DNA of 64,000 nucleotides from Betaproteobacteria bacterium (GCA_004298385.1 SCTX01000098.1:22309-86308); one strand, 5' to 3'. Positions 28,557 to 37,418 are shown, counted from the stretch's first letter. Notes: generated from the sequence alone by a model not told the origin. Translations and numbers: made by a program.

Positions 28557-30928
28557 GGTCGGCTCTCGCTCCGGGTGCCGGTCGGCGCGGGCCCGCCGAG
28601 GGCGGGCGGCGGCGCGAAAGCGTCGGCGTCTTCCTGGGTGACGGGCCATTTCTGCTTGCCGCTTTGCAGATAGGCGCCGATCGACCTGGCCGCGCGGCGG
28701 CCGGCCCCCATGGCAAGGATGACGGTTGCCGCGCCGGTGACAATGTCGCCGCCCGCAAACACCCCGGGCAGCGTGGTGGCCTGCGTCGCCGGGTCGGCAA
28801 TGATGTAACCCCATTGGTTGAGGCCCAGCCCCTGCGTCGACTGCGTGACGATCGGGTTGGCCTTGGTGCCGAGCGCGTAGATCGCGGTATCGCATTCAAG
28901 CTCGACGAATTCGTCCAGGGGTACGGGCTTGCGCCGGCCCTTCTCGTCGGGTTCGCCCAGCATCATCTTCTGCACCTTCATCCCGCGAACGTTGCCTTCG
29001 GCGTCGGTGAGGATCTCGACCGGCGTGTGCAGGAAGAAGAACTCGATGCCTTCTTCCTTGGCATGGCGGATTTCCTCGATGCGCGCCGGGGCCTCGGTCT
29101 CGGACCGGCGATAGACGCAGCGCACGGTCGGCGCGCCCAGGCGCTTGGCCACGCGCAGGCAGTCCATCGCCGTGTTCCCGGCGCCGATCACGATCACGCT
29201 CTGGCCCAGAGTGATCGGCGTGTCGAGATAGGGAAATTTGTCGCCGCCCATCAGGTTGACGCGCGTCAGGAATTCGTTCGCGGAATAGACCTGGCCGGCA
29301 AACTCGCCCGGGATGCCGAGAAAGGAGGGCGCGCCGGCGCCCGCGCCGACGAACACCGCGTCGTAGTCCATCTCGCCCATGAGTTGCGCGATGGAGAAGG
29401 TCTTGCCGATCACCTTGTTGGTTTCGAACTTGACGCCCATACCCTTCAAGTTTTCGACTTCGCGGCTGATGATGTCGCGCGGCAGGCGGAACGAGGGGAT
29501 TCCGTATTGGAGCACGCCGCCGATCACGTGCAGCGCCTCGAACACGGTGACGTCGCAGCCGTAGCGCGCCAGGTCGGCGGCGACGGCGAGTCCCGAGGGT
29601 CCGGAACCGACGATGGCGACCCGGCCCAGTTCGCGCCCGAAGCTTGGCGGCCGGGCCTTGGGCGCACGGGCATTGTCGCCGACGAAGCGTTCCAGCCGGC
29701 CGATCGCCACCGGCTCCATCTTTATATTCTTGTTCTTGCCGATGATGCACTGGGCCTCGCATTGCGATTCCTGCGGGCAGACGCGGCCGCACACCGACGG
29801 AAACAGGTTGGATTCATTGATTACGCCGAGCGCGCCGTCGAGGTCGCGCACCAGCAGGTGGCGAATGAAGCGCGGGATGTCGATCGACACCGGGCAGCCG
29901 GCGATGCAGACGGGCTTGGTGCACATGATGCAGCGTTCGGCCTCCTCCAGCGCATCATGCATGCTGTAGCCCAGGTTTACCTCCTTGAAGTTGCGCGAGC
30001 GCTCGAGCGCGTCGCGCTCCGGCATCTTCACGGCGTGAGGTGAGAGGTCCTTGTACTTCTTGTAATTGTGCTTATTCTGCTCGAACAGCACCTTCTCCAC
30101 GTGGCAAACATGGGCGTAATCCTCGCTCGCCTGCGACTCCTGCCCCTTGAAGCGCCGCTGCCGCAGGACCAGTTCCTTGAAGTCGACCAGATGGCCGTCG
30201 AAGTCCGGCCCGTCGACGCAGGCGAACTTGACCTTGCCGCCGACGCTGACGCGGCAGGAGCCGCACATGCCGGTGCCGTCGACCATGATGGCGTTGAGCG
30301 ACACCATGGTTTTGACGCCATAGGGCCGCGTCGTCTCGACACATGCGTTCATCATCGGCAGCGGCCCGATGGCGATGACCAGATCCGGCTGGTCGCGCTC
30401 GAGTACGTCCTTCAATACCGAGGTGACGAAGCCCGGCGTGCCGTAGCTGCCGTCGTCGGTGCAGACGATCAGCTTATCGCAGAACTCGTTGAAGCGGTCC
30501 TCCCAGAACACCAGGTCCTTGTTGCGAAAACCGATGATGCCCGTGGTGCGATTGCCGGCGTTCTTGAATGCCCGCAACTGCGGATAGATGGGCGCCACGC
30601 CGAGTCCGCCGCCAACCAGCACTACGTGTCCGACCCGGCTCACCTGTTGCGGCATGCCGAGCGGGCCGACGAAATCGGCGAAGCGGTCGCCCTCCTTGTA
30701 GTGATCGCGCATCTCGAGCGTGGTCTTGCCGAGGGACTGGATCACCATGGTGATCGTGCCCTTGTCGCGGTCGAAATCGGCCACCGTCAGCGGGATGCGC
30801 TCGCTGCCTTCGTGCATGCGCACCATGACAAAATGGCCGGGTTGGGCGGATTTCGCCACGTCGGGGACCATCACCTCCCAGAGAAAGGTCGTGTCGGAAA
30901 AGACTTCGCGGCGGACAATGGTGTACAT
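28553..30928 (-). CDS. Fused NfnA/PyrK-like (FAD, 2Fe-2S) + NfnB/GltD-like (2x4Fe-4S, FAD, NAD(P)H) oxidoreductase
   Basis: N-terminal MYTIVRREVF.. with MCGSCRV (PyrK/SudB type). C-terminal half has CIMCTKPVCIAGCP, VAIVGSGPSGLA and VIGAGNTAMDC (GltD/SudA type). I prefer the ATG at 30928 over the TTG at 30967 by analogy with NfnA/SudB N-termini. Confidence 0.8.
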   Translation of the reverse strand: MYTIVRREVFSDTTFLWEVMVPDVAKSAQPGHFVMVRMHEGSERIPLTVADFDRDKGTITMVIQSLGKTTLEMRDHYKEGDRFADFVGPLGMPQQVSRVGHVVLVGGGLGVAPIYPQLRAFKNAGNRTTGIIGFRNKDLVFWEDRFNEFCDKLIVCTDDGSYGTPGFVTSVLKDVLERDQPDLVIAIGPLPMMNACVETTRPYGVKTMVSLNAIMVDGTGMCGSCRVSVGGKVKFACVDGPDFDGHLVDFKELVLRQRRFKGQESQASEDYAHVCHVEKVLFEQNKHNYKKYKDLSPHAVKMPERDALERSRNFKEVNLGYSMHDALEEAERCIMCTKPVCIAGCPVSIDIPRFIRHLLVRDLDGALGVINESNLFPSVCGRVCPQESQCEAQCIIGKNKNIKMEPVAIGRLERFVGDNARAPKARPPSFGRELGRVAIVGSGPSGLAVAADLARYGCDVTVFEALHVIGGVLQYGIPSFRLPRDIISREVENLKGMGVKFETNKVIGKTFSIAQLMGEMDYDAVFVGAGAGAPSFLGIPGEFAGQVYSANEFLTRVNLMGGDKFPYLDTPITLGQSVIVIGAGNTAMDCLRVAKRLGAPTVRCVYRRSETEAPARIEEIRHAKEEGIEFFFLHTPVEILTDAEGNVRGMKVQKMMLGEPDEKGRRKPVPLDEFVELECDTAIYALGTKANPIVTQSTQGLGLNQWGYIIADPATQATTLPGVFAGGDIVTGAATVILAMGAGRRAARSIGAYLQSGKQKWPVTQEDADAFAPPPALGGPAPTGTRSESRP

Positions 30929-31177
30929 GGAATTGTCTTGCGGCACTGGAAAAAGTCGGTAGGACAAAAAGTTGGGAGGACTAATGCGCGCCGGTTTCCG
31001 GCTGAGCAGCGTGATGGCGCCGGTCAGGCGTCGCGATGCATCGCGAGCGGGTCATACCTGCATCAGCCCGGCCTGCCGTTGCAGCAAGCCACAATAGGTG
31101 ACACTGGGTGACACTGCGTCCTCTCCTCGTCCTACGACGATACTGTATGAGCGTAAATTGTAGCAGCTATCCACGTA

Positions 31178-31191
31178 TTGACGCAGATCAA
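31178..31191. promoter_or_regulatory. FNR/CRP-family box TTGAC-N4-ATCAA (proximal to the PFOR cluster)
   Basis: TTGACgcagATCAA, 9/10 match to TTGAT-N4-ATCAA. Confidence 0.65.
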
Positions 31192-31329
31192 ACGGGCGAA
31201 CGTGGTGTTCTCGACCGGCTTCGTGCCGCGCCATCATCGATGATGCGGCGCGCGACGGATTGGCGATGCGACGCGGGCCGCCATTGCAAATGCCGTATGT
31301 ATTTGTAGTTCGAAGATTTAGCCAGGCGT

Positions 31330-31343
31330 TTGACCTGGATCAA
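31330..31343. promoter_or_regulatory. FNR/CRP-family box TTGAC-N4-ATCAA (proximal to frdABCD)
   Basis: TTGACctggATCAA. It has the same half-site variant as the box at 31178. Confidence 0.65.
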
Positions 31344-31550
31344 CAAAGCGTAAGTCGACGGGCGGTAACTTACGCTACACGGTTCGTGAGTTCAGCATTC
31401 GATCATTCCCGCCGAGCGGGCGGGCAATGAGCGGCTGAGCGGCGGACCGTATTTTTTAAATGCGTGACCACGATACCGGCTCGGAATTGGAGTTGCGGCG
31501 GAATTGGAGTTACACTTATTAAGTGGTTACGCGCAGAGGGAGGGTAAACA

Positions 31551-33347
31551 GTGGAAGTTTTCAAGGCAGATGTGGCGATTGTGGGCGCGGGCGGCGGAGG
31601 ACTGCGAGCGGCAATCGCGGTCGCGGAAAGCGATCCGAAGCTGAAAATCGCGCTGATTTCCAAAGTGCTGCCAATGCGCAGCCACACCGTGGCTGCAGAA
31701 GGCGGCGCGGCCGCGGTGACGCGGCCCGACGACAGCCTGGACCACCATTTCAACGATACCGTTGGCGGCGGCGATTGGCTGTGCGAGCAGGACGTGGTCG
31801 AGTACTTCGTCGCTCATGCCCACGAAGAGGTGGTGCAGATGGAGCACTGGGGTTGCCCATGGAGCCGCACGGAGGACGGGCACGCGAACGTGCGGCCATT
31901 CGGCGGCATGAAGATCGAGCGCACCTGGTTTGCCGCGGACAAGACCGGGTTCCACATGCTGCACACGCTGTTCCAGACTTCGATCAAATATCCTTCGATC
32001 AAGCGCTTTGACGAGCATTTCTGTGTAGATTTGGTGGTGGAAGACGGACGGGTCCAAGGCGCGGTTGTGATCGAGATCGCCACTGGCGCGTTTCGGCTGA
32101 TCCAGGCGAAGGCGGTGATCATTGCAACCGGCGGCGCGGGCCGCGTGTTCCGCGAAAATACCAATGGCGGTATCGTCACCGGCGACGGTATGGCCCTTGC
32201 GTACCGCCACGGCGTGCCGCTGCGCGATATGGAATTCATGCAATATCACCCGACCTGCATGCCGCGCACCGGCTTGCTGTTCACCGAGGCATGCCGCGGC
32301 GAAGGCGGGTTCCTGATCAACAAAGATGGCTATCGCTATCTCCAGGATTATGGGCTCGGGCCTGCCGAGGATAAGCCACGCAACAAGTTCATGGAGCTGG
32401 GTCCGCGCGACCGCGTGAGCCAGGCGTATTGGCACGAGCAGAAAAAGGGCAGGACCATCGAAGGCCCTTTTGGCTCGGTCGTGCACCTGGACATGCGCCA
32501 TCTGGGCGAGGCGAAGCTGCGCGAGCGCCTGCCGCAAATATACGAACTGGCGGAAGAATTCATGGGCATCGATCCGGCGCACGCGCCGATCCCGGTGCTT
32601 CCAGCGGTGCATTACACCATGGGCGGAATCCTCGCCTACGGCAATACGGCATCGTCGCTGCCAGGACTGTATTCGGTCGGCGAATGCTCAAGCGTAGGCA
32701 TACACGGGGCCAACCGACTGGGTTCCAATTCGCTCACGGAACTGGTGGTGTTCGGCAAGGTAGCCGGCGTCGAGGCAGCGAAGTACGCGAAATCGGTGTC
32801 GATCACCAATCCGGGTGCGATCGAGAAACAGGCCGAGTCGGTGCAGGCGCGCGCCCTTGGAATCGTCAACCAGTCCGGCGGCGCCGAGCGCATTGCAGTG
32901 CTGCGCACCGAAATGGCGAAAAGCATGGAAAGCGGCTGCGGTATCTACCGCCTCGCCACCGACATGCAGGCCACCTGCGACAAGATTGGCGAGCTCAGGC
33001 AGCGCTACAAGAAACTCAAGGTTGAAGACCAGTCGAAAGTCTACAACACCGATTGGCTGCTCGCGATCGAACTCGGTTATCTGCTCGATGTGGCGGAGAC
33101 TATTGTGCACTCTGCACTCAAGCGCAAGGAGTCGCGCGGTTCGCACCAACGCCTGGACGGCTACGAGCAGCGCGATGACGCCAATTTCCTCAAGCACACA
33201 CTCGCCTACTACAACGGAGACAGCCCGCCGCGCATCGAATACGGGGATGTGAAAATCACCAAGTCCAAACCAGGCACACGCGCCTACGGAGCAGCCGGCG
33301 TGAAAGCCGATGAAGAACGCAAGAAACAGGGAGCAGCCAATGGCTGA
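31551..33347 (+). CDS. frdA: Fumarate reductase flavoprotein subunit
   Basis: GTG start after AGAGGGAGGG. VAIVGAGGGGLRAA and the covalent-FAD histidine context MRSHTVAAEGG. Close to the E. coli FrdA N-terminus. Confidence 0.92.
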   Translation: MEVFKADVAIVGAGGGGLRAAIAVAESDPKLKIALISKVLPMRSHTVAAEGGAAAVTRPDDSLDHHFNDTVGGGDWLCEQDVVEYFVAHAHEEVVQMEHWGCPWSRTEDGHANVRPFGGMKIERTWFAADKTGFHMLHTLFQTSIKYPSIKRFDEHFCVDLVVEDGRVQGAVVIEIATGAFRLIQAKAVIIATGGAGRVFRENTNGGIVTGDGMALAYRHGVPLRDMEFMQYHPTCMPRTGLLFTEACRGEGGFLINKDGYRYLQDYGLGPAEDKPRNKFMELGPRDRVSQAYWHEQKKGRTIEGPFGSVVHLDMRHLGEAKLRERLPQIYELAEEFMGIDPAHAPIPVLPAVHYTMGGILAYGNTASSLPGLYSVGECSSVGIHGANRLGSNSLTELVVFGKVAGVEAAKYAKSVSITNPGAIEKQAESVQARALGIVNQSGGAERIAVLRTEMAKSMESGCGIYRLATDMQATCDKIGELRQRYKKLKVEDQSKVYNTDWLLAIELGYLLDVAETIVHSALKRKESRGSHQRLDGYEQRDDANFLKHTLAYYNGDSPPRIEYGDVKITKSKPGTRAYGAAGVKADEERKKQGAANG

Positions 33348-34095
33348 TACCGAGAAAATCATTGAGATTCAGGTTCTGCGCTACCGTCCGGAACAGGATA
33401 AGGAACCGGTATTGCAAAGTTACAAGGTTCCTTTCACCGATGACATGTCCGTGCTGCAGGGCTTGCAGTACATCAAGGACTACCTTGACGAAACGGTGAG
33501 CTTCCGTTGGTCGTGCCGCATGGCGATTTGCGGCAGTTGTGGCATGATGATCGACGGCAAGCCCAAACTTTCGTGCAAGACCTTCCTGCGCGAGTACTAT
33601 CCCCAGGGCCTGCGCGTGGAGGCGCTGGCGCACATGCCGATCGAACGCGACCTTATCGTTTCGGTCGAAGATTTCGTCACCAAGCTCGAAAGCATCAAGC
33701 CGTACATCATTCCCAAGGAACCGCGCACGCTGGAGCAGGGCGAATACCTGCAAACGCCGCAGCAGCGGGATATGTACGAGCAGTTCAGTTCGTGCATCAA
33801 CTGCATGCTGTGCTACGCTGCCTGCCCGCAGTATGGGCTCAATCCGAAATTCACCGGGCCGGGCGTGCTCGCGCTGCTGCACCGCTACAACGCCGATTCG
33901 CGCGATGGCGGGCAGGCCGAGCGCCTTGGCTTGGGATATGCGGATGAAGGCTTCTGGGGTTGCACCGCGGTCGGCTACTGCTCCGAGGTGTGTCCGAAGG
34001 GCGTCGACCCGGCCAACGCGATCAACCAAAACAAGATGAACAGCGCGATAAATTATTTCACCAGGTTCGTCACGCCAGGGGGAGCAGACAAATGA
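33340..34095 (+). CDS. frdB: Fumarate reductase iron-sulfur subunit
   Basis: Three Cys clusters (CRMAICGSCGMM, CINCMLCYAACP, CTAVGYCSEVCP). The ATG at 33340 overlaps the frdA end. Confidence 0.9.
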   Translation: MADTEKIIEIQVLRYRPEQDKEPVLQSYKVPFTDDMSVLQGLQYIKDYLDETVSFRWSCRMAICGSCGMMIDGKPKLSCKTFLREYYPQGLRVEALAHMPIERDLIVSVEDFVTKLESIKPYIIPKEPRTLEQGEYLQTPQQRDMYEQFSSCINCMLCYAACPQYGLNPKFTGPGVLALLHRYNADSRDGGQAERLGLGYADEGFWGCTAVGYCSEVCPKGVDPANAINQNKMNSAINYFTRFVTPGGADK

Positions 34096-34487
34096 GCAAT
34101 CGTCGACCCTACGTCCGGTCCATGGATGGTTGGTGGAAACGGGATCCCTATTTCATCCGCTACATGGCGCGCGAAGTCACGGCGGTGTTCGTCGCCGCCT
34201 ATGCGGTGCTGCTGCTGGTCGGCCTGGTGCGTCTGGGCCAGGGCGAGGCCGCGTTCAACGGCTGGCTGCAGTACCTGAAAACGCCGTGGATGCTGGTGTT
34301 CCACCTGATCGTGCTGGCGGTGTTCTGCTACCATACATGGAGCTGGTTCAACATCATGCCCAAGACCATGCCGATCATGTTCGTCGGCGGCAAGCGCGTG
34401 CAGCCAGGGGCCATCACCGGAACCGGACTCGCTGCTTCCGTAATCGCGTGCCTGGCCGTGTTATTCATTGTGCGGGGGATGAGCTAA
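34092..34487 (+). CDS. frdC: Fumarate reductase membrane anchor subunit C
   Basis: 131 aa with 3 TM helices. RRPYVRSMDGWWKRDPYF resembles the FrdC N-terminus. ATGA overlap with frdB. Confidence 0.85.
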   Translation: MSNRRPYVRSMDGWWKRDPYFIRYMAREVTAVFVAAYAVLLLVGLVRLGQGEAAFNGWLQYLKTPWMLVFHLIVLAVFCYHTWSWFNIMPKTMPIMFVGGKRVQPGAITGTGLAASVIACLAVLFIVRGMS

Positions 34488-34843
34488 TGAAACGCTCCAA
34501 CGAACCGATTTTCTGGTCCCTGTTCGGCGCCGGCGGCATGCTGGCGGCGCTGATTGGCCCGGCGCTGGTGTTCATCACCGGCATCGCCGTTCCGTTTGGT
34601 TTGTTTTTCAAACCCGACACCATGAGTTACGCGCATATGCTCGCGTTCTCTCAAAGCTGGGCGGGCAAGATTTTTGTGCTGGCGGTCATTGCGCTGTTCC
34701 TGTGGCACGCGGCGCACCGCATACACATTTTGTTGCACGATTTTGGCGTGCATGCGGTTACGGCGGTCAGAGTTCTCTGCTATGGTGGCGCCTTTGCGGG
34801 AACGGTAATCGCTGCCTATACATTGCTGATGATCAAGGCTTGA
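34487..34843 (+). CDS. frdD: Fumarate reductase membrane anchor subunit D
   Basis: 118 aa with 3 TM helices. KRSNEPIFWSLFGAGGM resembles the FrdD N-terminus. TAATG overlap with frdC. Confidence 0.85.
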   Translation: MKRSNEPIFWSLFGAGGMLAALIGPALVFITGIAVPFGLFFKPDTMSYAHMLAFSQSWAGKIFVLAVIALFLWHAAHRIHILLHDFGVHAVTAVRVLCYGGAFAGTVIAAYTLLMIKA

Positions 34844-34879
34844 GACCACGCCAGCGCGATTGCATAAGCGTGTTTGCGG

Positions 34880-34913
34880 AAAAGGTGCGGCGCGTCCGCA
34901 CCTTTTCATTTTT
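34880..34913 (+). terminator. Intrinsic terminator after frdD, ending 15 nt before the thrS ATG
   Basis: AAAAGGTGCGG-cgcgt-CCGCACCTTTT followed by CATTTTT. Confidence 0.75.
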
Positions 34914-34927
34914 GGATTTGAGTACCT

Positions 34928-36841
34928 ATGCCCAACATAAAGCTGCCTGACGGCTCGGTCCGTCGGTTTGCCGGGCCGGTTACGGTGGCGGAAGTGGCCG
35001 CCGGCATCGGCCCCGGCCTGGCCAAAGCGGCGCTGGCCGGCCGCGTCAACGGCACCCTGGTGGATACCTCCTTTCGCATCGACGCCGATGCCGAAGTCGC
35101 GATCGTCACCGACCGCGACAAGGACGGGCTGGACATTATCCGCCACTCCACCGCGCACCTGCTCGCGTACGCAGTGAAGGCGCTGTTCCCCGACGCCCAG
35201 GTAACCATCGGCCCGGTGATCGAAAACGGCTTCTACTACGATTTTGCCTACAAGCGGCCGTTTACGCCGGAAGATCTCGCCGCCATCGAAAAGAAGATGT
35301 CCGAGCTCGCGAAAAAGGACTACCCGGTGACGCGCGAGGAAATGCCGCGCGATCAGGCGGTGGCCCTGTTCAAGGGCATGGGCGAGCACTACAAGGCCGA
35401 GATCATCGCGTCGATTCCGGAAGATCAGGTCATAGGCCTGTATCGCGAGGGCGATTTCATCGATTTGTGCCGCGGGCCGCACGTGCCCTCCACCGGCAAG
35501 TTGAAGGTGTTCAAGCTGATGAAGGTGGCAGGCGCGTATTGGCGCGGCGACTCGAAGAACGAGATGCTGCAGCGCATTTACGGCACCGCCTGGGCGAAAA
35601 AGGACGAGCAGGACGCCTATCTGCATATGCTGGAGGAAGCGGAGAAGCGCGACCACAGGAAGCTCGGCACGCTGCTCGATCTGTTTCACATGCAGGAAGA
35701 GGCGCCGGGCATGGTGTTCTGGCACCCCAAGGGCTGGACGTTGTGGCAGCAGGTGGAGCAGTACATGCGGCGGGTCTACCAGGATAACGGCTACCGGGAA
35801 GTTCGCTGTCCGCAAATTCTGGACCGCAGCCTGTGGGAAAAATCCGGCCACTGGGAGAACTACCGCGAGAACATGTTCACCACCGAATCGGAGAAACGCA
35901 CCTACGCGGTGAAACCGATGAACTGCCCCGGCCACGTGCAGATCTACAATGCGGGCCTCCGCAGCTATCGCGAACTGCCGCTGCGCTACGGCGAATTCGG
36001 CGCCTGCCACAGGAATGAGGCCTCGGGCGCGCTGCACGGCATCATGCGCATCCGCGCGTTTACCCAGGACGACGGCCATATCTTCTGCACCGAGGACCAG
36101 ATCTTGCCCGAGTGCGTCGCCTATACGGCGCTGCTGCAGAAGGTCTATGCGGATTTCGGTTTTACCCAGATTATCTACAAGCTCGCCACGCGGCCGGACA
36201 AACGCGTAGGCGCGGACGACTTGTGGGACAAGGCGGAGAACGCACTGGCCGAATCCTTGCGCGCGAGCGGCGTGCAGTTCGAAATGCTGCCGGGCGAGGG
36301 GGCCTTCTACGGCCCGAAGATCGAATATCACCTGAAGGACAGCATCGGGCGTTCGTGGCAATGCGGCACCATGCAGGTGGACTTCTCCATGCCCGGGCGT
36401 CTGGACGCGGAATATGTCGCCGAGGACAACACGCGCAAGGTGCCGGTGATGCTGCACCGGGCCATCGTCGGCTCGATGGAGCGCTTCATCGGCATTCTCA
36501 TCGAACATTACGCCGGGGCGATGCCGCTATGGCTCGCGCCGCTGCAGGTGGTGGCGCTGAATATCTCCGGCGGCCAGGCCGAGTACACCGCGCAGGTGGC
36601 GCTCGAACTGCGCCGTGCCGGTTTTCGCGTTGAAGCAGATTTGCGTAATGAGAAAATAACTTATAAAATACGGGAACATAGCATGCAGAAGCTGCCCTAC
36701 CAACTGATCGTTGGCGAAAAAGAGAAGGCGGCTTCGAAAGTGGCCGTGCGAACCCGCAGTGGTGAAGACCTCGGGCAGACGACGCTCGCTGAATTCATCG
36801 TACGCCTCCAGCGCGAGGCGCGTGTGGGCAGCGCGGCCTAA
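34928..36841 (+). CDS. thrS: Threonine--tRNA ligase
   Basis: [10 protein letters not shown].. TGS domain, class II core and anticodon-binding domain. 637 aa. Confidence 0.96.
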   Translation: MPNIKLPDGSVRRFAGPVTVAEVAAGIGPGLAKAALAGRVNGTLVDTSFRIDADAEVAIVTDRDKDGLDIIRHSTAHLLAYAVKALFPDAQVTIGPVIENGFYYDFAYKRPFTPEDLAAIEKKMSELAKKDYPVTREEMPRDQAVALFKGMGEHYKAEIIASIPEDQVIGLYREGDFIDLCRGPHVPSTGKLKVFKLMKVAGAYWRGDSKNEMLQRIYGTAWAKKDEQDAYLHMLEEAEKRDHRKLGTLLDLFHMQEEAPGMVFWHPKGWTLWQQVEQYMRRVYQDNGYREVRCPQILDRSLWEKSGHWENYRENMFTTESEKRTYAVKPMNCPGHVQIYNAGLRSYRELPLRYGEFGACHRNEASGALHGIMRIRAFTQDDGHIFCTEDQILPECVAYTALLQKVYADFGFTQIIYKLATRPDKRVGADDLWDKAENALAESLRASGVQFEMLPGEGAFYGPKIEYHLKDSIGRSWQCGTMQVDFSMPGRLDAEYVAEDNTRKVPVMLHRAIVGSMERFIGILIEHYAGAMPLWLAPLQVVALNISGGQAEYTAQVALELRRAGFRVEADLRNEKITYKIREHSMQKLPYQLIVGEKEKAASKVAVRTRSGEDLGQTTLAEFIVRLQREARVGSAA

Positions 36842-36866
36842 TTATTAATTTTTTTGGAGAAACAAC

Positions 36867-37418
36867 ATCGCTCAGGAAAAAGCGCAGCGCCTCAACAGTG
36901 ACATAACCGCACCCGAAATACGCCTGGTCGGCACGGAAGGCGAACAGTTGGGCGTGGTGCCCATCGCAGACGCGATGCGGCGTGCGGAAGAGCTGGAGGT
37001 GGATCTGGTGGAAATCGCACCGACGGCCGTACCCCCGGTGTGCAAGCTGATGGACTTCGGCAAGTTCAAGTACCGTGAAGCCAAGAAAGCGCACGAGGCG
37101 AAGCTCAAGCAGAAGCAAATCCAGGTCAAGGAAGTGAAATTCCGTCCCGGCACCGACGAAGGCGATTACCAGATCAAGCTGCGCAACTTGATGAAGTTTC
37201 TGGACGAGGGCGACAAGACCAAGGTCACGCTGCGCTTTCGCGGGCGCGAGATGGCGCACCAGGAATTCGGCCACCGGCTGATCGAGCGGGTGAAAAACGA
37301 TTTGCTTGCACACGGCGTGGTAGAGCAGTACCCGAAGATGGAAGGACGCCAACTGGTGATGGTTCTGGGGCCGAAGAAAGTGGTGGTGAAGAAAAAGACG
37401 GAACCCGCCGCAAAATGA
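36867..37418 (+). CDS. infC: Translation initiation factor IF-3 (non-canonical ATC start)
   Basis: Homology to IF-3 extends upstream of the first ATG (..[30 protein letters not shown]). The frame is closed by a TAA at 36846. The only plausible initiator is the ATC at 36867, 6 nt after GGAGA. Confidence 0.8.
   Translation: MAQEKAQRLNSDITAPEIRLVGTEGEQLGVVPIADAMRRAEELEVDLVEIAPTAVPPVCKLMDFGKFKYREAKKAHEAKLKQKQIQVKEVKFRPGTDEGDYQIKLRNLMKFLDEGDKTKVTLRFRGREMAHQEFGHRLIERVKNDLLAHGVVEQYPKMEGRQLVMVLGPKKVVVKKKTEPAAK

Noticed and set aside
28541-31111. 500-aa and 347-aa plus-strand ORFs
   Set aside because: They are antisense to the NfnAB-like fusion gene, with shadow-ORF composition.
34484-36508. 674-aa minus-strand ORF
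   Set aside because: It is antisense to frdD and thrS.
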